A DNA stretch of 64,000 nucleotides, from positions 5,750-69,749 of the forward strand of contig CACKXR010000002.1 in assembly GCA_902604175.1 (NCBI GenBank). Direction: 5' to 3'. Source of the DNA: an uncultured Pelagibacteraceae bacterium (lineage in GTDB: Bacteria > Pseudomonadota > Alphaproteobacteria > Pelagibacterales > Pelagibacteraceae). Positions within the stretch are counted from its first letter, which is position 1. Every line of letters starts with the position of its first letter. Position numbers and translations under genes: made by a program. The notes under the pieces are model-generated. The model had not been told where the DNA came from. It was given only the letters and a program-made list of their open reading frames with translations, and did no database searches. Of this stretch, positions 20,122 through 29,496 are shown piece after piece.

Positions 20122-21213
20122 TTAATTTTATAAAGTGATTGTTCTAAAAAATCATCTATGTCACCATCTAAAATTTTTTCTGGGTTTGAGCTTTCAAAAT
20201 TTGTTCTATTGTCTTTGACTAATCTATAAGGTTGTAAAACATATGATCTTATTTGATAACCCCAGCCGATTTCAGATTTTAAGTTTTCAGTGTTCTGATT
20301 TTCTTCCTCTTTTTTTTTAATTTCATAATCATATAATCTAGCTTTTAACATATTCATACATGTCTCTTTGTTTTTATGTTGAGATCGCTCATTTTGACAC
20401 TGTACAACTATTTTTGAAGGTATATGTGTTATCCTAACTGCGCTATCAGTGGTGTTTACATGTTGTCCACCTGCCCCACTAGATCGATAAGTATCTATTC
20501 TCAAATCTTTTTCTAAAATTTCTATATTATTATTTTCATCAACTACTGGATAAATCCAAACACTTGCAAAACTTGTATGTCTTCTAGCACCAGAGTCAAA
20601 AGGTGATATTCTTACTAAACGATGAATACCAGATTCTTTTTTCAACCAACCAAAAACATAATCACCTTCAATTTTAATAGTAGCTGATTTTATTCCTGCT
20701 TCATCTCCTCTATGTTCACTTATTAAATGCGATTTGAAGTTTTTTTTATCTGACCATTTTAAATACATTCGTCTTAACATGTCTGCCCAATCTTGACTTT
20801 CTGTACCTCCAGCACCAGCATGTATTTCAATATAACAATTTAATGGATCTGCTTCGTTTGATAGAAAACATTTGATTTCACTTTTTTTAATTTTAGAACT
20901 GAGTTGTTTAATATTTTGTATTACTTCTTTTTGGACAGCTATATCATTTTCCTCTATCGCTAATTCATTTAACTCTTTAAAATCATTTAATTTCTCAATT
21001 GAGGAATTCAAAGAATTTATTAAATCTTCAAAGAATTTTTTTTCTTTAACTACTTTTTGGGAATTATTTTTGTCTTGCCAAAAATTGGCTTCTAACATTT
21101 TTAAATTTAAAGACTGAAGTTTTGAATAAATATTATTACTTTCAAAGATACTCCTTGATTCTATTATTAATTTTATCTATTTCTTCTTTGTAATTGTGAA
21201 AGCTATTTTCCAT
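20118..21213 (-). CDS. prfB: peptide chain release factor 2, translated through a programmed +1 frameshift
   Basis: SPF and GGQ motifs. The ATG at 21213 (overlapping the mrcA stop, TAATG) gives 23 codons ending CTT TGA. The +1 frame continues ESNNIYSKLQSLNLKMLEANFW. Confidence 0.95.
21141..21156 (-). promoter_or_regulatory. prfB +1 frameshift cassette
   Basis: Minus strand reads AAGGAG TAT CTT TGA A: an internal SD, a 3-nt spacer and the slippery CTT-TGA. Confidence 0.92.
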
Positions 21214-23549
21214 TAATAAAACTTTAATATATTATCTCTATCTAATCTATCTGTATTTGAGTAAATAACTTTTCCATTATTAACATTTTCCTTTTTAAAT
21301 ACCTCTATAATCATATTTTCGGAGGAGAATTTTGCTTTTTGGCCAGTTTTTGGATCTACTACCATCATCACTGTATTTTCTGCAGCTTTAAATGGTCTTG
21401 AATCAGACTTTTTTACTGCTTTTTTAATAAAATCTTTAAAAATTGGAAGCGCAGTTTTAGACCCAGTCTCAAATTTTCCAAGAGGTGTAGGGTCATCTGC
21501 TCCGACATAAACACCTACTAACAAGTTTGATGTAAAGCCGATAAACCAAGTATCTGTGTTTTTATTTGTTGTACCAGTTTTACCTGCAATATTTAATTTC
21601 AAATCTTTGAGTTTTTTTCCTGTACCCCGCTGTACTACACCCTCAAGTATTGAGGTCATTTGATATGCAGTTGCTGTTGAAAAAATTTGTTTATAGTTAC
21701 TTTTAATTTTTGGATAATCGTTACTCAAATAAGAAATTTTATCACAATCTATACACTTTCGAATATCATTATTGTATATAGTGTTACCTTCACTATCCTG
21801 AATTCTATCTATCAATATTGGCTCAACAAGTTTTCCTCCATTAATAAAAGCTGAATATGCTGATGTTAGATTTAACAGTGTTGTTTCAGCTGAACCTAGT
21901 GAGATAGACAATAATTCATGAGGATTTTCATAAATTTTGAGATCTTTTGCAAAATTTATAATTTTTTCTATACCAAGATTTTGAGCAATTCTAACCGTCA
22001 TTAAATTTCTTGATTTTTCTAATCCAGTTCGTAGCGTAGATGGACCATAAAATTTTTTTCCATAATTTTCAGGTTTCCACAACTTTAAATCATCTCCTTG
22101 ATCTAGAACTAAAGGTGCATCTAAAACCAATGTTGTTGGAGTATAATTATTTTCTAATGCTAATGCATAAATAAATGGTTTGAAGGCGGAACCTGGTTGT
22201 CTCTTAGCTTGAGACACTCTATTGAATTCACTTTTTTTAAAACTAAATCCACCACTAAGTGCCAAAACTCTCCCTGTGTAGGGGTCCATTATAACAATAC
22301 CCCCATTAATTTTAGGTAATTGTTTTAAACTAAATTTTTTATCTTTTATTTTTTTCACATATATAATATCCCCTGGCTTTAATAAATCTTTAAATTCTTT
22401 TTTCGTCCAAGAAATATCTTTATATTCAATAACCCCTTCAATTTTATCTTCAGTCTGAATTTCTGCAGAAAATTTATTTATCCTTTTTATTATTGCCAAT
22501 GACCATCCAATTGTTTTTTCTAAACTAAATTTTTTTAAGTCTTTATTCCAGTTGCTACTATAAATTTTATTAGTTAATGGTCCTCGCCAACCTTTTCTTT
22601 GATCGTATGAAATTAGTCCGTCTCTAAGTGAAATTGTTGCAATTTTTTGTAAATCTAAATTGATTGGCGTATTTATATTTAAGCCTTGTTTATATACTTT
22701 ATCGTAAGTAAAATTTTCAATTACATTTTTTCTAACGTCCTCAATAAAATATTGGGCGTCTTCCAAATAAATTTTCTGGTTTTTTCTTAATATAATTTCT
22801 TGAATTTTTAATCTATTATACCATTCATAGTTTATATAATTGTTATCAAATAAATTTTTTAAAACCAGATTTCTTCTAAACTTGGCAAGTTCTAGGTCTC
22901 TGTATGGATTATACTTACTGGGAGCTTTAGGTAATGCTGCAAGTAATGCAGCTTCTGAGTAATTTAAATCTCTAATTGATTTATCAAAATATTCTAAACT
23001 AGCAGCTGCCACACCATATGCTCCACTTCCTAAATAAATTTGATTTAAATACAATTCTAATATTCTTTCTTTAGTGAGTGCTCTTTCAATCCTAAATGCC
23101 AAAATTGCTTCTTTAATTTTTCTATTAATACTAACTTCATTTGTTAGTAAAAAATTTTTGGCAACTTGCTGAGTTATTGTTGAAGCACCCTCTAATCGTT
23201 TAGACGAAATAATATTAGATATATTGTTAATTACTGCTCTCAATACACCTTTAGCATCTACACCGGGATGTGAAAAAAAATTCTTATCCTCTGCAGATAA
23301 AAAAGCATTAATTACATTTTTTGGGATTGAGTTATAAGGCACAAATACTCTTTTTTCCTTTGAAAAATCTGCAACCAGTTCTCCTTCTCCTGAATAAACC
23401 TTGCTTGAAACTGGTGGTTTATAATTTTTTAAAAATTTATAATCTGGAATATCATTCGAATAGGTCCACAAAACACTAACTATTAAAACCCCAGTCAAAA
23501 TAACTATGGATGTTGAAATTATAAAAATATTTTTTAAAATTTTATGCAT
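21213..23549 (-). CDS. mrcA: penicillin-binding protein 1A
   Basis: Transglycosylase motifs EDKNF, GASTITQQ, RKIKE and ELYLN; transpeptidase motifs SAFK, SRN and KTG. Confidence 0.95.
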   Translation of the reverse strand: MHKILKNIFIISTSIVILTGVLIVSVLWTYSNDIPDYKFLKNYKPPVSSKVYSGEGELVADFSKEKRVFVPYNSIPKNVINAFLSAEDKNFFSHPGVDAKGVLRAVINNISNIISSKRLEGASTITQQVAKNFLLTNEVSINRKIKEAILAFRIERALTKERILELYLNQIYLGSGAYGVAAASLEYFDKSIRDLNYSEAALLAALPKAPSKYNPYRDLELAKFRRNLVLKNLFDNNYINYEWYNRLKIQEIILRKNQKIYLEDAQYFIEDVRKNVIENFTYDKVYKQGLNINTPINLDLQKIATISLRDGLISYDQRKGWRGPLTNKIYSSNWNKDLKKFSLEKTIGWSLAIIKRINKFSAEIQTEDKIEGVIEYKDISWTKKEFKDLLKPGDIIYVKKIKDKKFSLKQLPKINGGIVIMDPYTGRVLALSGGFSFKKSEFNRVSQAKRQPGSAFKPFIYALALENNYTPTTLVLDAPLVLDQGDDLKLWKPENYGKKFYGPSTLRTGLEKSRNLMTVRIAQNLGIEKIINFAKDLKIYENPHELLSISLGSAETTLLNLTSAYSAFINGGKLVEPILIDRIQDSEGNTIYNNDIRKCIDCDKISYLSNDYPKIKSNYKQIFSTATAYQMTSILEGVVQRGTGKKLKDLKLNIAGKTGTTNKNTDTWFIGFTSNLLVGVYVGADDPTPLGKFETGSKTALPIFKDFIKKAVKKSDSRPFKAAENTVMMVVDPKTGQKAKFSSENMIIEVFKKENVNNGKVIYSNTDRLDRDNILKFY

Positions 23550-23652
23550 TTTAATATCATTATATCTTGGAATTTGTTAAAGATAAGGCACAAGTGATAA
23601 ACAAAATTTATTTAAACTTTGAAAAATTAATGAAATCAACAATTAAATTATT

Positions 23653-25455
23653 ATGGAGAAAAATTTATATATCGATGCATCGCATCCAAATGAAACTAGA
23701 GTTGTTCTTAAATCTGGCGAAAATATTGAAGATTACGAATATGAAGGTTTAAAAAATAACTTAATAAAAAATAATATTTATTTAGGTAAAGTAAGTAGAA
23801 TTGAACCATCTCTTCAAGCAGCTTTTGTTGACTTTGGAAGAGAAAGGCATGGCTTTCTATCTTTTAATGATATTCAATCAGATTATTATCAAATACCAAA
23901 AGCAGATTTAGATAAAATTAAAGAGGAAGAGGAAAAAGCACGAGAAGAACTCTCAAAACAAGTTGAGGCTAAAGAAGAGGAAAATATTGCAAAAGGAAAA
24001 TTAGAAATAGATGATCCTATTGATAAAGAATTAGAAAATCAGATAGTAGATAAAGAAATTGTAGACGAGAAGAGAAATACCGAAGAGGAAAAAGCTCAAA
24101 AACAAGAAAATAAGTTTAAATTCAAAAGATATAAAATTCAGGAAGTTATAAAACCAAATCAGGTTATACTTGTTCAAGTGATCAAAGATGAAAGAGGTCA
24201 GAAAGGGGCCGCTCTAAGCACCTTCATTTCTATTGCAGGAAAATATATAGTATTAATGCCAAATACACCTAAAGGTGGAGGGATTTCAAGAAAGATATTT
24301 AATGCTGCTGACAGAAAAAAAATAAGAACGATCCTAAACGAAATTGAAATTCCAAAAGAGATGGGGCTAATAGTGAGAACGGCTGGAAGTAATAAAACTA
24401 AAAACGAAATTAATAATGACTTAACAACTCTTAAAAAAACATGGGGTCAAATAAAAGATAACGCAATTAATTCTATTGCTCCATCACTAATTCATCAAGA
24501 AAGCGAAATTATTAAAAGAACCTTAAGAGATATGTTTGACGATAATACTCAAAATATAATTGTAGAAGGAACAGATGGTTATAAAAAGGCGCAATCATTT
24601 ATGAAAACAATGATGCCATCCAGTGTTAAAAAAGTAAAAAAATATAGAGGTAAAGTGCCTTTATTTATTGAAGAAAAAATTGAACAAAAACTAAATCAAA
24701 TTTTTGAATCTGAAATTAAACTTAAATCAGGAGGTTACTTAGTTGTTAATCCTACAGAGGCATTGATATCTATAGACATTAACTCAGGTAGCTCAATAAA
24801 AGGAAAAAATGTTGAGAGCACAGCATTAGATACAAATATCGAAGCAGCAGAAGAAATTGCAAGGCAAATTAAAATAAGAGATTTATCTGGTTTAATTATA
24901 ATAGATTTTATTGACATGCTTAGTTACGGAAACAGGAGGTTGGTTGAGAAAAAACTTAAAGAAAAATGTAGATCAGATAGAGCTAGAATACAAATAGGTA
25001 GAATAAGTAACTTTGGTCTTTTGGAAATGTCCAGACAAAGATTAAGAGAAAGTGCCATTAAATGGAAAGTTACTTTAACAGACGAGTCTTTTGCACAGAA
25101 ACTGCTTAAAATCGTTGAACTAAAAGCAGTTTTAAATAAAGCAAAATTTGTAGAATTAAAGGTATGTAAGAAAATTTCTGATTTTTTAAAAGAAAACTTC
25201 GTAAATGATTTAACTTATTTTGAGAAAAAAAATAAAATGAAGCTAGATATAATTAGTGATAATTCTTTAATCATTCCTGAATATATAATTAATTTTCAAA
25301 ATAAGTCCAAAAAAACAGTAGAATTAGTTGAATACTTCGAAAAATTAAAAAATTTAGAGATGGAAAAAAAAGAAAGTAAAGTAACACAAGATAGAGAAAA
25401 AAAAACTTATAAAAAAACTTATAAAAAAAAAAAATTTTATAAAAAAACTAAATGA
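23653..25455 (+). CDS. rne: ribonuclease E/G family
   Basis: IEPSLQAAFVDFG (S1 domain with an acidic insertion), IVRTAG, IDINSG, IIIDFIDM and GLLEMSRQR motifs. Confidence 0.93.
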   Translation: MEKNLYIDASHPNETRVVLKSGENIEDYEYEGLKNNLIKNNIYLGKVSRIEPSLQAAFVDFGRERHGFLSFNDIQSDYYQIPKADLDKIKEEEEKAREELSKQVEAKEEENIAKGKLEIDDPIDKELENQIVDKEIVDEKRNTEEEKAQKQENKFKFKRYKIQEVIKPNQVILVQVIKDERGQKGAALSTFISIAGKYIVLMPNTPKGGGISRKIFNAADRKKIRTILNEIEIPKEMGLIVRTAGSNKTKNEINNDLTTLKKTWGQIKDNAINSIAPSLIHQESEIIKRTLRDMFDDNTQNIIVEGTDGYKKAQSFMKTMMPSSVKKVKKYRGKVPLFIEEKIEQKLNQIFESEIKLKSGGYLVVNPTEALISIDINSGSSIKGKNVESTALDTNIEAAEEIARQIKIRDLSGLIIIDFIDMLSYGNRRLVEKKLKEKCRSDRARIQIGRISNFGLLEMSRQRLRESAIKWKVTLTDESFAQKLLKIVELKAVLNKAKFVELKVCKKISDFLKENFVNDLTYFEKKNKMKLDIISDNSLIIPEYIINFQNKSKKTVELVEYFEKLKNLEMEKKESKVTQDREKKTYKKTYKKKKFYKKTK

Positions 25456-26221
25456 TACCTTTGATCGGAGATGATGGATTTCCCATTAAAGTTTTACCTA
25501 TTCTACCTGAATTGTAAGATTGTCTTCCGGCAACTACAGCATTTTTAAAAGCTAAAGCCATTTCAAATGGTTTTTTTGCTTTAGCTATTGCTGTATTTAC
25601 TAAAACACCATCACAACCAAGCTCCATTGCAATTGTTGCATCTGAAGCTTGACCTAAGCCTGCATCAATTATGAGAGGAAGTTTAGTTTGTTTTCTAATG
25701 ATTTGAATATTAATTTTATTTAATATACCTAAACCAGAGCCGATTGGAGCAGCTAAAGGCATAATCGCATCTGCTCCTGAATTTTCCAAACGTTTTGCCA
25801 TTAAAGGATCATCGTTACAATAAACCATTACCCTAAATCCCTCTTTAGCAAGTACCTCAGTTGTTTTTAAGGTTTCTATCATGTCAGGAAATAAATTTGT
25901 TTTATCTCCTAAAACTTCAAGCTTGACCAATTTCCATCCACCAATATTTCTTGCTAATCTAAGAGTTCTTAGAGCATCTTTTGAATTGAAACAACCAGCT
26001 GTATTTGGAAGGTATGTAATTTTTTTAGGATCAATATAATCCATTAAAAGTGGTTTATTTTTATTTGAGATATTTACCCGTCTTACAGCAACCGTCACAA
26101 TTTCTGCGCCGGAAAGTTTGATAGCGTTAGCACACTCAGACATGCTCTTGTATTTTCCAGTTCCGACTATCAATCTTGAATCAAATTTTTTTTTTGCAAT
26201 TATTAACTTGTCTTTTTTCAA
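25448..26221 (-). CDS. thiG: thiazole synthase
   Basis: SRLIVGTGKY, PNTAGC, VKLEV, MPLAAPIGSGLG and DAGLG motifs. Probable TTG start at 26221 with SD GGAGG supplied by the thiS Gly codons. Confidence 0.95.
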   Translation of the reverse strand: MKKDKLIIAKKKFDSRLIVGTGKYKSMSECANAIKLSGAEIVTVAVRRVNISNKNKPLLMDYIDPKKITYLPNTAGCFNSKDALRTLRLARNIGGWKLVKLEVLGDKTNLFPDMIETLKTTEVLAKEGFRVMVYCNDDPLMAKRLENSGADAIMPLAAPIGSGLGILNKINIQIIRKQTKLPLIIDAGLGQASDATIAMELGCDGVLVNTAIAKAKKPFEMALAFKNAVVAGRQSYNSGRIGKTLMGNPSSPIKGII

Positions 26222-26222
26222 A

Positions 26223-26432
26223 TTATCCCCCTCCAATAAAATGGACTATTTCTATTTTGTCATCTTTTTTCAATTTTATATTACTGGTTTTTTTTTTATC
26301 CACAATTTCTCGATTTAATTCAATGGCTACTTTTTTTATAGGTATATTAAGTTTATTTAGAAGATCGGACAATTTAGAGTTATTCAAAACCGTTTTAACT
26401 TTACCATTTACTTTAATTTTTATTTTTTTCAT
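26223..26432 (-). CDS. thiS: sulfur carrier protein ThiS
   Basis: MKKIKIKVNG...VAIELN...IEIVHFIGGG with a C-terminal Gly-Gly; start set at the ATG at 26432. Confidence 0.93.
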   Translation of the reverse strand: MKKIKIKVNGKVKTVLNNSKLSDLLNKLNIPIKKVAIELNREIVDKKKTSNIKLKKDDKIEIVHFIGGG

Positions 26433-26448
26433 CGTATATAAGTGCAGA

Positions 26449-26898
26449 ATGACTAATAAAATAATTATTATCAATGGTCCAAATCTTAATCTATTAGGTG
26501 AAAGAGAACAATCACAATATGGATCAGATACGTTTGATGTATTAAAAAATAATTGCTTGAAAAAATCAAAAGAAATTGGATTAGAAATAAACTTTATTCA
26601 ATCAAATTTAGAGGGTGAAATTGTAAATATTATTCAAGAAGCTAGAAAAGAATATCAAGGAATGATTATCAATGCTGCTGGTTTTACACACACATCTGTA
26701 GCTATTAGAGATGCTCTTAGTATATTCAGAAAACCAATAATTGAATTACATATTTCAAATATTTATCAAAGAGAGGAGTTTAGACAAAAATCTTTAATAA
26801 GTGATATCGCAACTGGTGGTATTTTTGGTTTAGGTACCGATGGTTATATTTTAGCCATAATTTCTATACAAAAGATCTTAGAAAATGAAAATAGATAA
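26449..26898 (+). CDS. aroQ: type II 3-dehydroquinate dehydratase
   Basis: NGPNLNLLGERE..YG, QSNLEG, NAAGFTHTSVAIRDA and ELHISN motifs; true start is the ATG at 26449. Confidence 0.95.
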   Translation: MTNKIIIINGPNLNLLGEREQSQYGSDTFDVLKNNCLKKSKEIGLEINFIQSNLEGEIVNIIQEARKEYQGMIINAAGFTHTSVAIRDALSIFRKPIIELHISNIYQREEFRQKSLISDIATGGIFGLGTDGYILAIISIQKILENENR

Positions 26899-27319
26899 AA
26901 AAATTATAAAAGAATTAAACGATTACCTTGAAGAATTCAATCTTAGTGAAATTGAAATTACTGAGAAAGATACAAAAATTAGAGTTTCAAAAACCAGCAT
27001 ATCTAAAATCAATCAATCTCCAAGCGTTTCATTAAGCTCCCCAATAAATGAAAGTATATCTGAAAATAACCAAAATAAAAAAAAAGGTATTGAGGTTACA
27101 TCTCCAATAATAGGCACTGCTTATCATGCACCTGAGCCAGGCGCAAAAAAATTTATTGAAGTAGGTAAAAAAATTAAAAAAGGTGATACTATAATGATTG
27201 TTGAGGCTATGAAGACAATGAATCATGTGCCCTCCTCGTCTGATGGAGTCGTGAAAGAAGTATGTGTCAATGATGGCCAACCTGTTGAATTTGGTCAAAC
27301 TCTTATCATTCTACAATAG
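26885..27319 (+). CDS. accB: biotin carboxyl carrier protein
   Basis: EAMKTM biotinylation motif; SPIIGTAY. Confidence 0.96.
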   Translation: MKIDKKIIKELNDYLEEFNLSEIEITEKDTKIRVSKTSISKINQSPSVSLSSPINESISENNQNKKKGIEVTSPIIGTAYHAPEPGAKKFIEVGKKIKKGDTIMIVEAMKTMNHVPSSSDGVVKEVCVNDGQPVEFGQTLIILQ

Positions 27320-27322
27320 ATA

Positions 27323-28669
27323 ATGTTTAAAAAAATTTTAATTGCTAACCGTGGGGAAATTGCAGTTCGAATTATTAGAGCTTGTAAAGAATGGGGAATA
27401 TCAACTGTTGCTGTTCATTCAGATGTTGATCGTGACAGCATGCATGTCAGACTTGCTGATGAAAGTGTTTGCATAGGATCTCATCAACCACAAAACAGTT
27501 ACTTAAATATTCCTGCATTGATGTCAGCAATAGAACTAACTAATGCTGAAGCTGTTCATCCTGGTTATGGTTTTCTCTCTGAAAATGCAAATTTTGCAAA
27601 AATATTAGAGAAAAATAAAATTAAGTTTATTGGAGCTTCTTCGAAGTTAATTGCAATGATGGGAGATAAAATTCAAGCAAAAAGAATTGCGAAAGAAAAT
27701 GGATTACCAATCATAGAGGGTTCTGAGGGTGGTGTGAAAGATTTATTTCAAGGTAAGGAACTTTGCAAAAAAATTGGTTTCCCTATTTTAATCAAAGCCT
27801 CAGGTGGGGGTGGTGGAAAAGGTATGAAAATCGTATACAAAGAAGAGGAATTTGAAACATTATTCTCAACTGCTAAATCAGAAGCAAAAAAATATTTTGG
27901 AAACGACGAGGTTTATATTGAAAAATTTTTTCAAAACCCTAGGCATATTGAGGTACAGATTTTGGCTGGTAAGAACCGAGTTGTGCATCTTCATGAAAGA
28001 GATTGTTCAGTCCAAAGAAGACATCAAAAACTGATAGAAGAAACACCTAGTCCAGTTTTAAACAACGAAATTAGAAAAAATCTTTTTGAAAAAACAGTAA
28101 ATATGGTTAAAAAAATTGGTTATATGGGTGCAGGGACAGTCGAATTTATATATGAGGATGGTAAATTCTATTTTCTAGAAATGAATACTCGGGTTCAAGT
28201 AGAACATCCAGTAACAGAAATGGTAACAGGAATTGATATAATTAAAGAGCAAATTTGGATAGCTTTTTCAGACGAAACTGCATTAGAACAAAGTGATATT
28301 AATCCAAGAGGTCATGCAATTGAATGTAGAATTAATGCTGAAGACGCTAGTAAAAACTTTCAACCTTCACCTGGAACTATTGGTATGTGTCATCAACCCT
28401 CAGGTTTTAGGACTAGAGTGGATGGAGCGATATACCAAGGCTATAAAGTGACACCCTATTATGATAGTATGATTTGTAAGTTAATTTGTCATGGTCGAAA
28501 TAGATCTGAAGCTATTCAAAGAATGAATAGATCCTTAGATGAATTTGTAATTGAAGGAATCACAACAACAATCCCTTTACATAAAAAACTATTAAATCAC
28601 AAAAAATTTATAGAGTCTGACTTCAATGTAGGCTGGATAGATAAAGAAAAATTGTTTAATAACAGCTGA
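27323..28669 (+). CDS. accC: biotin carboxylase
   Basis: ANRGEIA, HPGYGFLSEN, GGGGKG, EMNTRVQVEH and YYDSM motifs. Confidence 0.98.
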   Translation: MFKKILIANRGEIAVRIIRACKEWGISTVAVHSDVDRDSMHVRLADESVCIGSHQPQNSYLNIPALMSAIELTNAEAVHPGYGFLSENANFAKILEKNKIKFIGASSKLIAMMGDKIQAKRIAKENGLPIIEGSEGGVKDLFQGKELCKKIGFPILIKASGGGGGKGMKIVYKEEEFETLFSTAKSEAKKYFGNDEVYIEKFFQNPRHIEVQILAGKNRVVHLHERDCSVQRRHQKLIEETPSPVLNNEIRKNLFEKTVNMVKKIGYMGAGTVEFIYEDGKFYFLEMNTRVQVEHPVTEMVTGIDIIKEQIWIAFSDETALEQSDINPRGHAIECRINAEDASKNFQPSPGTIGMCHQPSGFRTRVDGAIYQGYKVTPYYDSMICKLICHGRNRSEAIQRMNRSLDEFVIEGITTTIPLHKKLLNHKKFIESDFNVGWIDKEKLFNNS

Positions 28670-29060
28670 CTAGCCAAATATCATAAACTGGGTGGTCAAA
28701 AGGAGTTATCGATGGACTTGATGAAAACATCCATCCATTAAAAATAAAAACTTCATCATTATTAGAATTTTTAAGATCAATAACTTGCAGATAAGCAGTA
28801 ATTTCTGGGTTATCGTCAAATTCAGAATTTTTACATTTTAAACTTTTTATAGATAGATCTTTAAATGAAGCTAAATCTCCATTTTTTAATTTTAAAAGTG
28901 TGTTTTTGGAGCTTATTTTATCCAAAATTTTTATGTCAGTATAAGAGCCTATCAAATTGCTTTGTGAAAATGCAACAGAAAATAATGAAAAATAAACAAA
29001 AATTATTAAGTTTAATTTAAAACTATTCTTTCCAGCTTTTATATTTTTTTTTAACTCCAT
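28656..29060 (-). CDS. DUF2155 family protein
   Basis: LDKIS...C...PE..AYLQV...IFNGWMFSSSP....DHPVYDIWL..C pattern. Confidence 0.85.
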   Translation of the reverse strand: MELKKNIKAGKNSFKLNLIIFVYFSLFSVAFSQSNLIGSYTDIKILDKISSKNTLLKLKNGDLASFKDLSIKSLKCKNSEFDDNPEITAYLQVIDLKNSNNDEVFIFNGWMFSSSPSITPFDHPVYDIWLVSCY

Positions 29061-29382
29061 CTTTATTTTTGTTGGGATAGTATGCTCGATCAGTACCTGT
29101 CAAATTAGATTGATGAGGTTTTTGCCAATCATATTTTTCAAGAATATGTTTTTTCTCTATTTTATTAGGTGTAAAATGTATCCATGAATACCACTCAACA
29201 GGAATTTTTGATGCATCAATTGTATCAGCATATATTACCCATCTTCTACCTTTTTTACTTTGATAGTATTTGTTCCCTAACTCATCCGATCCAACAAGTT
29301 TTCCAAAAAAAATAGTTTTTAATCTTGTTCCAAATGTGTCTTGATTCCACCAAATGAAAATTTTTTTTAAAAGTGTCAACAT
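29023..29382 (-). CDS. NADH:ubiquinone oxidoreductase NDUFA12 family subunit
   Basis: GKLVGSDELGNKYY, RRWVIY, IPVEWYSWIH and NLTGT motifs. Confidence 0.9.
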   Translation of the reverse strand: MLTLLKKIFIWWNQDTFGTRLKTIFFGKLVGSDELGNKYYQSKKGRRWVIYADTIDASKIPVEWYSWIHFTPNKIEKKHILEKYDWQKPHQSNLTGTDRAYYPNKNKDGVKKKYKSWKE

Positions 29383-29496
29383 TATTATTTTTTTATTTTT
29401 TCAATTAAAAATTGTAAAATTTAAATTAGACTAAAATGTGAATAAGTATATAAATAAATTGATTCATTTTTCAAATTAATTTTAAATCGAGGTTAA

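Noticed and set aside
20118-21213. prfB as a pseudogene or sequencing error
   Set aside because: The in-frame TGA sits in the SD + CTT-TGA programmed frameshift context known for RF2.
18290-26304. Perfect DnaA boxes TTATCCACA (18290, 26296) suggesting an origin
   Set aside because: They are isolated, lie inside coding regions and are expected by chance in AT-rich DNA; there is no box cluster or origin-sized intergenic region.
26176-26448. Apparent 91-aa N-terminal extension of AroQ
   Set aside because: It is the antisense of thiS/thiG; the AroQ family N-terminus begins at the ATG at 26449.
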